From: Spirogloea muscicola
Lineage: Eukaryota
Direction of reading: 5' to 3'
Length of the DNA: 20,000 bases
NCBI GenBank assembly: GCA_009602725.1
Contig: WELB01000011.1
Location: 1,039,146-1,059,145, forward strand
The notes beneath the pieces were generated by a model. It saw only the letters and a program-made list of their open reading frames with translations, did not search any database and was not told the origin of the DNA. Made by a program: the position numbers and the translations under genes. This document shows positions 9,640 through 19,622 of this stretch, piece after piece; position 1 is the first letter of the stretch, and the number at the start of each line of letters is the position of its first letter.

Positions 9640-10295
9640 TGTCCTGGCTTACTTTGGCCTCCTCTGCGGCGTCGTGTTTCAGCCTCTTGCAGCGAGCTCA
9701 GGCTCATGCTTTGCACCAGAAAGCTGGTCGAGCTTTAGCTGGTCATGCCACGCCATTTCCCGCCGCTACCATGGGGAGCCGGTGGATTTCCATATTGCAG
9801 GCTCGCTCGCACAGGTGTATCGAATGCGCCTGCCCGTCTGGCTGCCGAGGTCCATGGCTCGCGCGTTGCATCTGCGTGCCGGTTGTGCCCTCACTGCAGC
9901 CTCTGGCTCTGGCCTGGGGACCCGCTACCAGGAGCCCAGTTTCTCCGACCTGCGGCTGCTTAGCAGGGGTTACTGAGTTTCGCGTTCCGTCGACTTGTGG
10001 CAAGCTATGTAAATTCTCATGTCGGTATCTTTTTGGCTCTTTTTATTCTGTCCATTCTTTTAGGGCTGGCCTCTGCCAACCCCTCTTCGCCATGGGCGCG
10101 CAATTTCTTGTCAATTTAGCTGTGGCACAAGGGCTTGTCAGTCGCCGTCCAGTATTTGGGCATCGATAAGCGACCTCTACGTGCTGACTCGTGGTTATTG
10201 AGCGGGTCAGCTTAGCAGCAGGTGATAAATATCTGTCGATGTGCTTTGCCTTTGTACTTGGCCACCCAGGCCCTCATCAATACACACTCGTTTCT
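9640..10295 (+). mobile_element. Degenerate family-A CRE-like retrotransposon 3' fragment with a nested family-B fragment (about 9766-10142)
   Basis: 9640-9765 encodes LQRAQAHALHQKAGRALAG and 10148-10201 resumes with SSIWASISDLYVLTRGY*, both homologous to about 18140-18276. The insert encodes ARALHLRAG...FSDLRLLSRGY* and carries its own 3' UTR. Confidence 0.75.
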
Positions 10296-10602
10296 ATTAA
10301 TGGCCTTACACTGAAGGAGATGTTTCTCTTCGGGGATCCCGAGGCCCTAAGAAGAATGCGGCTGCTGATATCAAAAGAGCGGCTGTAAAAGCCAGCCAGT
10401 TGCTTACAGAGGGTGTTCATGACTACGTATAACCCGCTACTAATTCCGCTTCTGCTTCTGGTAGCGGAGCCACACGCTAGGCCGAAGCGAGCTTAGTAAC
10501 CCCGTGTCGGCAGTAGTAGAACCAGATGAGCTGGGGTGAGGAAGAGCGGGCCCGCTGCGCAAGCCAGAGGCTGCTGCAAGAGCGCGACCGGCTCAGCGGA
10601 GG

Positions 10603-10629
10603 CCCTAAACCGCAAACCCTAACCCTAAA
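10603..10629 (+). promoter_or_regulatory. Telo-box / short interstitial telomere-like motifs upstream of DUS1
   Basis: CCCTAAACCGCAAACCCTAACCCTAAA contains AAACCCTAA, which in plants is common near the starts of translation-machinery genes. Confidence 0.5.
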
Positions 10630-10659
10630 GACGGTGCGACTGCACAGCACCTGTCCCCA

Positions 10660-10661
10660 CG

Positions 10662-10692
<31 letters not shown>

Positions 10693-10697
10693 CGGCG
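10660..10697. repeat. (GGC)n trinucleotide repeat next to the assembly gap
   Basis: About 12 CGG/GGC units read directly from the sequence. Confidence 0.85.
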
Positions 10698-12755
10698 CGC
10701 TGCCTGCAGCGGCGCAGCCCGCNNNNNNNNNNNNNNNNNNNNNNNNNNNNNNNNNNNNNNNNNNNNNNCGGAGCCGCGGGCGACGGCGGGGCCGTGCGGG
10801 AGCGCCGCGCGGCGGCGGCGTGGGAGCACTTTTGGCGGCTGGGGTCGCCGGCGTGGCACGTGGCGCCCATGGTGGACCAGTCGGAGCTGCCGTTCCGGAT
10901 GCTGTGCCGCCGCCACGGCGCGCACGCCGCCTACACGCCCATGCTCCACTCCCGCCTCTTTGCCAGCGACGCCAAGTACCGCCGCGCCGAGTTCTCCACC
11001 TGCCCCGTTAGCCCCCTGCCCCATTGCTTGCCTACCCCAGCTGCCGGCCTCGTCGCAGAGGCCTCCAGAGGGGCTCCTGAGCCGGGCTTTGCTACCAGCG
11101 GCCAGCGGCCACAGAGCGGTCTCTGTCTCAGAGTACCATGTTCGTTTGCCAGGCTGCCCATTGAAGCCTTGGTCAATGGTACACGACACAGTCATGGCTG
11201 CTCTCGCGGCAACCGCCTCGGCTGGTCACTGCGGCCAGAGTGACCAAGTCCGAGGTTCCACGCGGTGCTGGTCCTTGTGCAGGAGGATCGGCCGCTGTTT
11301 GTGCAGTTCTGCGCCAACGATCCGCAGACGCTGCTGGCTGCAGCCAAGCACGTCGAGAACGACTGCGACTACATTGACATCAATCTTGGGTATATTGATA
11401 TTCTATAGCCGCTTCCCGAGGGATGTGTGTATTGTGCCAGCAATGGCTACTATAGCAGCAAGAAAAGTACAAGGTGATTAGATTAGAAGCATAGGAAGAG
11501 CCTAAGCAATGGGCAGGGTGAGGCTCGTCACGTGTGACAGACACCTACTTGTAGCGGCCATCCAGGCATGCAGCTGAAGATCTTCTGTCCTGCATGTCAC
11601 TCTGAAAGCTCCACGCTTGACAAGGGGTCTTGCACCTTCTGCCGCAGGTGCCCACAGAGAATTGCCAAGCGGGGCTACTACGGCGCATTCCTGATGGACA
11701 ACATGCCCCTCGTCAGGTCGCTGGTGGAGACCTTGGCAGCGGGCGTGAGCACGCCCGTCTCCTGCAAGATCCGCCTCTTCCCCCAGCTCGAGGACACAAT
11801 CGCCTACGCCAAGATGCTGGAGGACGCTGGGTGCTCACTGCTGGCTGTGCATGGCCGGACGCGGGACCAGAAGTGCGGGCGGGCCGTGAGGGCCGACTGG
11901 CCGGCAATCCACGCTGTGCGGCAGGCCGTGTCCATCCCCGTGCTCGCCAACGGCAATGTGCGGTGGCTGGAGGATGCAGTCGAGTGCATGCGCTTCACAG
12001 GCGCGCAGGGCGTGATGTCTGCGGAGTCACTCCTGAGCAATCCAGCACTCTTCGCAGGACACCGCATGCCTGCCGAGAGCGGCAGCAGCATTGAGAGCGT
12101 GCTTCTGCAGGAAGGCCGGGATACACGGCCACGGACCCCTTGTGAGGCCTCTGCAACCTTGGCGGCTGCAGCTGAGACTCGGGTGCTCGACCGTGAGCCC
12201 TGCAAAGACCAGAAGGCTGATGTCTCAGCAGCGGTCGAGGTCGTCGCAAGTCAAGTCGAAGGAGGTGAGCACGAGCTGGATGGCAGTGAAAAGAACGGCA
12301 GCGGAGCTGGCGAGGCTGCTCCTGACCAGCTGTCATTGATGGCGGAGTACCTGGACCTGTGCAACGCCTATCCCGTGCCTATGCGCATGATTCGCGCGCA
12401 TGTCCACAAGCTCCTAGGTTCATGGTTCCGTGTGCACACGGATCTGCGTGAGCGGCTGAACCGGGAGCATAAGCCGTCGCTGCCCTGGCTGCACTCGATT
12501 GTGGTGGAGATTCGCAAGAGAAACTCCAGAGTTCCATCGTTGAGGCCCTTAAGCGAGAAAATGCTGGGCAACAGTGCCGCGCCGGGGACTTTGGGCACCG
12601 TCGAGCACCCTGGAGCAACTCCCTGCCCCAAGGGGACCCAGACGGACGCCAGACCGCAACAGTCATTTGAGTTTCCTTCAAAGGAAGGGCTCATCTGTGG
12701 GGACGTGCTTGGCAGCAGCAGTGCGTCAGCTGCAGCAGTCACAACAGTTTCTTAG
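10686..12755 (+). CDS. DUS1: tRNA-dihydrouridine(16/17) synthase, DUS1-like; 3 visible exons, true start codon uncertain (probably in or before the N gap)
   Basis: Exons ?-11006, 11283-11389 and 11648-12755. Motifs: [21 protein letters not shown]...[46 protein letters not shown] (catalytic Cys), [34 protein letters not shown]. Confidence 0.92.
10723..10768. other. Assembly gap (46 N)
   Basis: Run of N characters inside the GC-rich first exon of DUS1. Confidence 1.
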
Positions 12756-14883
12756 CGTATTTATACTCCAAGACAAGTTCAAGTTGTTACAATCTCGAAT
12801 TGGAGAGTCTACAGCACATTCACTTAACATGCAAGTCGTGATACATGCACCTCTCGGTTACTCCTGCTCAGCTCCTTGCTTTGCACCAGTTCATCTGACT
12901 AAACAAGGTATGCAGGTAATACTTATGGCCTGGCAGAGGTGCCATCTCTTGAAGCGCAGCTTAATGATATAAGTGTAACAAAGATGTCATCAAAATGCTA
13001 TCGTGCCATTGCTTGTCGCCACATGGAGGTCTAGGCACAACCCTCAAATGCCCCGTGGACGTCTTTAGCTGGCCAGACATCTCACCTCCTACAGATTGCA
13101 GCTTGGGTTTAGTTCATGAGTTGACTCGAGTTCATGGCCACAGGTTGTCGCTGTGCCAATTGTCGTCCTTAGACATCAGCAATGTTGTGTGAGCCGCTGC
13201 CGGGCCTGATGGCAATAAGATACACAAGCGTGCATGGCGAAGCAGTCCCCGCCACAGTTGGCATTAGAGCGAGGAATCGTTGCCACTAGGCAACTGTTGT
13301 CAACAGCGTCACATGGCTCACTTCCTCCAGTCAACAAGCTGAGCGGGACCACGGGGTCCAGCTACAGCCTTGTATATATCCTAGTATAGGCAGCAGGTAG
13401 TACAAGAGTGAAGATAGACTTAAACTAGAGAGTTCGCATATGCCCGTGTATGAGTGTTCCACAATGCGCTCTTCTGCTTTGTCACAACAAGCAGCAGTAA
13501 GTAGTGGTCACCGCAAAGGCTCGTCCCATCTCTTACCAAGAAATGGCTGGCCATCTCCGTCTCCCTCGGGCCTTCGCAGTAATGTGCTCAGAAGCGCGCT
13601 CCTGCACTTGTAAAGCCCCGAGGTCGGCTACAGTGACGAGTAGGTCCTCATCGCGGCGCAGCAAGGGCAGCCATGGGGGCGAGCCGCCACGCCTGCGGCG
13701 CTGGGCAGCAGCCGCCGCTTATGTCAGGCACGCTGCTTCTCCTCTCCGAGCCATGAGCGGGGGTAAGCGGCTCCATCTTCTAAGCTGCGCGTACTGCCCT
13801 GAGCGAATGGCGGGCCACGATGCTTATTTGCGACGCCACTTTGATCACTACAAGTAACTGGCTGCCAAGTCGTAGGACAGAGCACCATTGCAATACGAGG
13901 TGAGGCCGCCAGGCTGGCGTGCGTTGACTTAGTGGGCATCTGTATTTGCAATGCGCATGCATTTCGCAAACCGGGCAGAGGTGACGATGGACGCCCACGA
14001 CATTCAAGACCTGGTCGCTGTGATCACTCGCCTTGGCCATAAGGTCGGTGGCCGTCATTGAGCAAAGGCACTGGTACGTGTAGAACAGCCTGCTCAGGCC
14101 TGTGCTTCCGCTTGAACACTGACAAAGACGGACCTTTTTCTTAAGCACTGACTAGAGCTTCTCGAACCCCTCTGCCCGCCACATTTTTGCCCAGTAGCAG
14201 GCATCAATACAGCAGCAGCCGAGCTGTCAAGTTCCCAGCTCTTATGCACATGTCGTTGCACACGGTTGCTTATATTGGTGCAATGCCTGTTAGCCTTTGC
14301 CTTGCACCTTCTGGCTTGTCTTGCCTTAGCTGTTGTTTCATCTTTTGCGGTGGGCTTGTTCCGGGCACCATATCTGTGTTGATCTCAAATTGCTATCTTG
14401 CGCATCTAAGATCACCACAGTCCCTCCCTGCAGCTGCTACATTGCGCTGCGCTTCCCTGCCAGCACCATTCTTGCCCCGATGTTTCTCGTGCAATCATTC
14501 GGCTGGCTGCTCCCAGCATGCGTCTTGGAGGGGCTCTTTTTGGTTACTAGGCCCCTCTGCTTTTGGTCGGTGACAGATTCCTCCCTGCCGCTTGTACCTG
14601 ATAAATACGAGCTGTTAAGCATATTGAGGAAAGACAGAGGGAATTGGGCAAGCACAGTTGGGAAGCACAGCCATCCTCTGTTAAAGGCGGCCTTTCACAG
14701 CCTGCCACCCTCGGGGCAACATCCGACTTGTCCATCCTTCCAGTGACTCCATCCTTTCAAGTCATGATCAAGCCGTACGCAGGATCAGTGCTTGCGTCTG
14801 AGGGACGCAGACTGAATTCAATAGTGCAGCAGATAAGAATGAGCTGCTTCTCTTCACAGCCACCTTCCCACTGCCATCAATTT

Positions 14884-14965
14884 TGCCACTGCCACTGCCA
14901 CTGCTACTGCCGCTGCCACTGCCACTGCCACTGCCACTGCCACTGCCACTGCCACTGCCACTGCC
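14884..14965. repeat. (TGCCAC)n hexanucleotide microsatellite, about 13 units
   Basis: Read directly. It explains the CHCH, LPLP, SGSG, AVAV and QWQW pseudo-ORFs in the track. Confidence 0.95.
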
Positions 14966-15061
14966 TCTGCACACTCTTCAACAACCACTGCCCCTTGAAG
15001 GAGTGCACCTTCTTCTTTGGCGTAACTCTCAGATTGTGACATCTGATAATTATGGCAGCCC

Positions 15062-15812
15062 AAAAAAAAAAAAAAAAAAATCGTGTATTAGAAAGAAATG
15101 TAGGCCAAATGGCCAGGTACAAAGGCAAGCACATTTAAAAATCTACATAACCTACAGCAGATTGACCCGCTCAATAACCACGGGTCAAAACATAAAGGTC
15201 ACTACTCGATGCATGAATTCTAGATGCCAGGAACGGAGCCCTTATGCCACCTACTAGAGCTCGCCCAGCTTTCTGGTGCAAGGCACTAGCCTGAGCACGC
15301 TGCAAACAGGCCGAAACTCGACGTCGCAAGAGCGACAGATATGCAGCTGGCAAGCCCATCTCAGCCGGAAACACATCTGCGCGTCGAGTGTAGCCTAGAT
15401 TGGCAATGTTTTGAAGCAGAGTGTGGAAGCGAGGACCCAGACAGCCAAAGATGTCGATTGCAGCTGGCAGGAGTTGATCGCATTGGGGGTAATCGGAGTA
15501 ATGCCGCAGTTTTCTTTGCTCTGCTCCGCCCACTGCGTGCCCAGCAATGTGTGTTGATGCTGGGCCTTTATATGCCTCCGTAACAACAACGTCGACCAGG
15601 GCCCGTGGTCCTCCACCAGGTTGCACGCCCACAATGTCAAGTGTGCGGCGATGATGACGTCCCTGGGCGTCCGTGGTGATAGGCATGATATTGTTGACTT
15701 CCACGACCGCACGGTAGCCGGCGTCGCCCATCAAGCCCGCCAGGGCATCGCGAAGGAGGTTGTGAATGCCCACCACTTCTGGTCCAGTGGGGCATCTCAG
15801 CATGTGAGTGGC
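15062..15812 (-). mobile_element. 5'-truncated CRE-like non-LTR retrotransposon (family A): open restriction-like endonuclease segment, 3' UTR and an adjoining T19 tract
   Basis: ORF 15171-15803 reads HMLRC...HNLLRDAL...RRTLDIV...DVVVTE...EQRKLRHY...LLPAAIDIFGCLG...LRRRVSACLQRAQA...LTRGY* (end of the CCHC knuckle plus a PD-(D/E)xK-like RLE). It is colinear with 17639-18365 in inverse orientation. Confidence 0.85.
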
Positions 15813-16749
15813 AAAAGAAATGAGGAGTAAGGTTTCAAAGGGGCCGGAAAGTGAAATGACGCAGCTATTTAAATGGTTACTGCGAGGGTGCTCTATGACC
15901 CCTAGTCACCAGCCGCATGTCGGAGCAAGTAGCGGCCGCAAAGAAGCAGCTTCTCGAAGTGGGGGCGATGGTTGTGAACGGCCAGGTTAAAAAATTGCAT
16001 AGATATAGAAACTCTTGGAGAATGGGCGGTGGCTGTGGAAGCAGAGAGAAGTGGCGCAACGCGCATGAGTTGAAAGAGGGGCCAAAACTAGCCAATGGAC
16101 TTGCAGAAGATACTGTAGAATTTGTGACTGTACGAAACGAAGCCCTCTGCAATGGGGGGCTGAGGTGACTGAACGTAAGCCAGCTCAATATCATTGGTGC
16201 TTTGGTGTCAAAGTTAAACTGGCAGAGATTTATTGCTCGCTCGAGGGTACTAGGGTCCCCCTTCAGTTGTGCTTTTTCTATTACACTGCTCGTAAGAAGA
16301 ACTGAATGTTCTTCCTACTAAGGAGCTAAGGTACGAAAACCCGCCTCCCTCTCATTTCATATGCACCCCGCGCCTTGTGCTCACTCAGGAAATACAGATC
16401 CGACAGGTAGACTTGGAGCTGGAGCACCGACACGGAAGCCAGCGGGCTGGCTTAGTGCGAGATCAGCACGCCAGTGAATAGCCACAGCTTGGGAGCAGAA
16501 AGAAGCAGTTGCGAAAGGGTGCCCATGCCGACACACGGAAGCGGCAGCCAAGGCACGGCCGGCCAGCAAGGTTCACGACGGCGGCCCAGAGACGAGGGAG
16601 AGAAAGCGGCCGCTGACATCAAGGGGCGGCGGCTGTGAAAGCCAGCCGTGTGCATGCAGAAAAAGGGGCTCTCCGGAAGGGCCCCTATCCTCAGTGGGCG
16701 AGGCCCTTTCTTTCCCGTCCAAGAGCGTGGCCTGGTCCCCACACGGTCT

Positions 16750-18365
16750 CCTGCCAACCTTCAGCTCCCCCACGGCTGTCAGACCCTGCCAATGGGCTGG
16801 CCATCCTCAAGGTCCCCTTCGGTACACCAGCTCACGTGGCGGTGGACTTGCGGGAACGCCTTCAAAAACACCTCGCCTTTCTCCCTTCCCTTCCCCTCCT
16901 TGCGGACACGCAGCTGGCGTTGGCCATCCTCACCCGCTGCATCGGCCAACGGGCTTGCTATCTGCAACGGACAGTCGCCCCATTGGGCATGGTGGCGGAG
17001 CTCTACAAGGAATATGATGACTCCCTTCAGCAGTCCCTGGCATCCCTACTACATTCTTCATCTTTCCCCTCAGCTTCAGCTTCCCTCCAGGCCTCCCTCC
17101 CTACAAGCATAGGCGGCCTTGGCTGCCGGTCGTTGGAGCAGACGGCGCAAGCAGCCTTCCTGGGCTGCTGTCACCAGATCGCCTCCCTGCTCCCCATGCG
17201 CTTCCCTTGCCTACACGACCCTGTGCGCAATGTGGAGGAAGGCTCCTTCCCCTTCCAAGCGGATCTGAGGAGCATCCGCGACTCAGCCATCAGCTCTTCC
17301 CCTCTCTCCAAACCCTTCTCACGCCATTCTCCGCCCTCGCCCAAGCTTCTGATAGAGGGGCACAATCCAGACTGGTTACGGCAGTGGAAGACGAACGCCG
17401 CAGAAGGTTGAGGAGGCTGCCAGAGATTCAGAACAATTCAAGGAGCTTGGCAAGACTTACTTCTCTAGCCACACCTGGTGCCACTGACTGGATCACCTCT
17501 CACCCCGTCGCCAACGCCTTCAGCATCAGCTCCGAGGCTTTTCGGACATCGCTTCAACTCTTCCTCGGCCTCCCACCTAAGTGCCTGATTGGGGTGCGCC
17601 AGTGCGAGTGCGGCTTCCGTGCAGAGGGTGCTGTGCTCGCCACTCACATGCTGAGGTGCCCCACTGGACCAGAAGTGGTGGGCATTCACAACCTCCTTCG
17701 CGATGCCCTGGCGGGCTTGATGCGCGACGCCGTCTACCGAGCGGTCGTGGAAGTCAACAATATCATGCCTATCACCACGGACGCCCAGGACGTCATCATC
17801 GCCGCACACTTGACATTGTGGGCGTGCAACCTGGTGGAGGACCACGGGCCCTGGTCGACGTTGTTGTTACGGAGGTATATAAGGGCCCAGCATCGACACA
17901 CATCGCTGGGCATGCAGTGGGCGGTGCAGAACAATTAAATTGCGGCACTCCTCCAAATACCCCCAATGCGATCAGCTCCTGCCAGCGGCAATCGACATCA
18001 ATGGCTGTCTGGGTCCTCGTTTCCACACTGCTTCAAAACATTGCCAATCTAGGCTACACTCGACGTGCAGATGTGTTCCCGGCTGAGATGGGCTTGCCAG
18101 GTGCATATCTGTCGCTCTTGCGACGACGAGTTTCGGCCTGTTTGCAGCGTGCTCAGGCCAGTGCCTTGCACCAGAAAGCTGGGCGAGCTCTAGTTGGTGG
18201 CAGAAGGGCTCCGTTTCTGGCATCTAGTATTCATGCATTGATAAGTGACCTTTATGTTTTGACCCGTAGTTATTGAGCGGGTCAATCTGCTGTAGGATAT
18301 GTAGATCTTTAGATGTGCTTGCCTTTGTACTTTGCCATTTGGCCTACATTTCTTTCTTATACACG
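16750..18365 (+). mobile_element. 5'-truncated, frameshifted CRE-like non-LTR retrotransposon (family A): RT C-terminus/thumb, zinc knuckle, RLE endonuclease and 3' UTR
   Basis: GLAILKVPFG, YLQRT, QASLPTSIGGLG, ARLTSL...GATDWI, CECG...HMLRC...HNLLRD and the RLE motifs are spread over three frames. Frameshifts lie near 17290, 17787, 17938 and 18027; the last three are visible by comparison with the minus-strand copy. Confidence 0.85.
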
Positions 18366-18379
18366 TAATTTATATTTAC

Positions 18380-18535
18380 GAAGGGGGCGAGGGCTGCGAA
18401 AAGCCAGCCCAGAAAGCATGGACAAGGCTCAAATCGCGGCAAGGCTCCAAAAACAAAAACAAAAGCACACATTAATGCAAGAGACTACAGCGGATAGGAG
18501 CTGACATATCCCGGCCCAGCAGCCGCAAGTCGGAG
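18380..18535 (-). mobile_element. Short 3' fragment of a related (family-B-like) element
   Basis: The reverse complement begins CTCCGACTTGCGGCTGCTGGGCCGG (SDLRLLGR), contains TGTGTGCTTTTGTTTTT and ends GGGCTGGCTTTTCGCAGCCC. Confidence 0.6.
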
Positions 18536-18658
18536 TAAGATGCAGAGACGGGCGCGGTGCGCATGAAATGAGAGGGTGGTCAGTTTAAGCCCAGTACACG
18601 ATTCAGGCCAAACGCTAGTGCAATCAGTGGGGCTAGTGAGTAATACAGAGTGAAAATG

Positions 18659-18859
18659 CGTGTGTTTGAAACAGACGAAGGCCAAATGGCAAGTACAAAG
18701 GCAAGCACATCTTAAGAGCTACATAAGAGCTGCAGCAGATTGACCCGCTCAGTAACCACGGGTCAAAACATAAAGGTCGCTAAAAGATGCCTGAATACTA
18801 GATTTCAAATACAAAGCCCTTCTGCCACCAACTAGAGCTCGCCCAGCTTTCTGGTGCAA
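18659..18859 (-). mobile_element. Short 3' fragment of family A
   Basis: The reverse complement encodes LHQKAGRALVGGRRA...SDLYVLTRGY* followed by the UTR with GTGCTTGCCTTTGTACTTGCCATTTGGCC, as at about 18167-18345. Confidence 0.8.
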
Positions 18860-19062
18860 AGAGAGAAGACGCGTGGGGCGCATGAAATGAAATGGAGGCC
18901 AGTTCAGGCCGATACATTGTTCAGACAGAGTCTAGGGCAAACTAAACAGGGCTACATAATACGAAGACCTAAACTAAGGTGCCTAAGCTGACCTCTGAAC
19001 CCACTTGCAAAGAGGGAGTTTGAGGATTGAATCGGGCGAGCGAGGAGAAGGCATCCAGGAAT

Positions 19063-19234
19063 AAGAAGAAAGTGCTCGCCCATGAGAATAGGGGCTGGAA
19101 AAGCCAGCCCAAAAAAGAATGAACAGAGTACGAGAAGGGGGCCAGGGGAAGCGCTAAGAAAAACAAGCACACAGAAACAATGCAGCTACGAATCACTCAG
19201 TAACCTCTGCTAATTTTTATTAAGCAGCCGCAGG
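19063..19234 (-). mobile_element. Short 3' fragment of family B
   Basis: Reverse-complement homolog of 2211-2229 plus 2295-2436, with a 10-nt insertion at about 19211-19223. Confidence 0.75.
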
Positions 19235-19473
19235 AAATGGGGATCGGGGGGGTGGGCGGGATGCCAGGTAAGCGTAGCCGACAGTCGGCCGCTCCGACGG
19301 CACGGCACGACCCAACAGTGCGCCCGGGGCGGTGGCCCCGGCTGGCCGGCCGGCGGCGGGCGCGGCGGAGGTCATAACATAAATTGCCATATTCAATTTT
19401 CTGTGGGCAGGATTTTTCGGTGGTTTTCGCCCCCCTTCCTTTGAAAGAGAGTTTTCGAATGGTACTGTATGTT

Positions 19474-19545
19474 CGTAGCCACTTGATTCCGTGTGTGCTT
19501 AAGCGCTTTCCCTGGCCCCTTCGAACTTTGTTTATTCTCCTTTCC
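19474..19545 (+). mobile_element. Diverged partial family-B 3' UTR fragment
   Basis: TGTGTGCTTAAGCGCTTTCCCTGGCCCCTTCG resembles TGTGTGCTTG...AGCGCTTCCCCTGGCCCCCTTC at 2330-2368. Confidence 0.5.
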
Positions 19546-19583
19546 CTCTCTTTGGACCGTTGGGGCGCCCGCGCTTGCCCCCC

Positions 19584-19622
19584 GCGCCGCCGCCGCCGCC
19601 GCCGCCGCGGCGGCGGCGGCGG
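19584..19622. repeat. (GCC)n(GGC)n self-complementary trinucleotide tract at the start of a GC-rich island
   Basis: GCC units are followed directly by GGC units, so the tract can fold back on itself. Confidence 0.8.

Noticed and set aside
12070..12325. Low-complexity acidic stretch in DUS1 considered as an unrecognised intron
   Set aside because: The frame stays open and rejoins conserved sequence (EYLDLC...YP...IRAHVHK). It is more simply read as a variable linker, though only RNA data could settle it.
14768..15257. ORFs with CH, LP, SG, AV and QW dipeptide repeats and poly-K/poly-F
   Set aside because: They are translations of the (TGCCAC)n microsatellite and the A19 tract.
15917..16168. 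83-aa ORF between the two retrotransposon copies
   Set aside because: It is short, has no recognisable domain and no convincing splice context, so I cannot support it as a gene.
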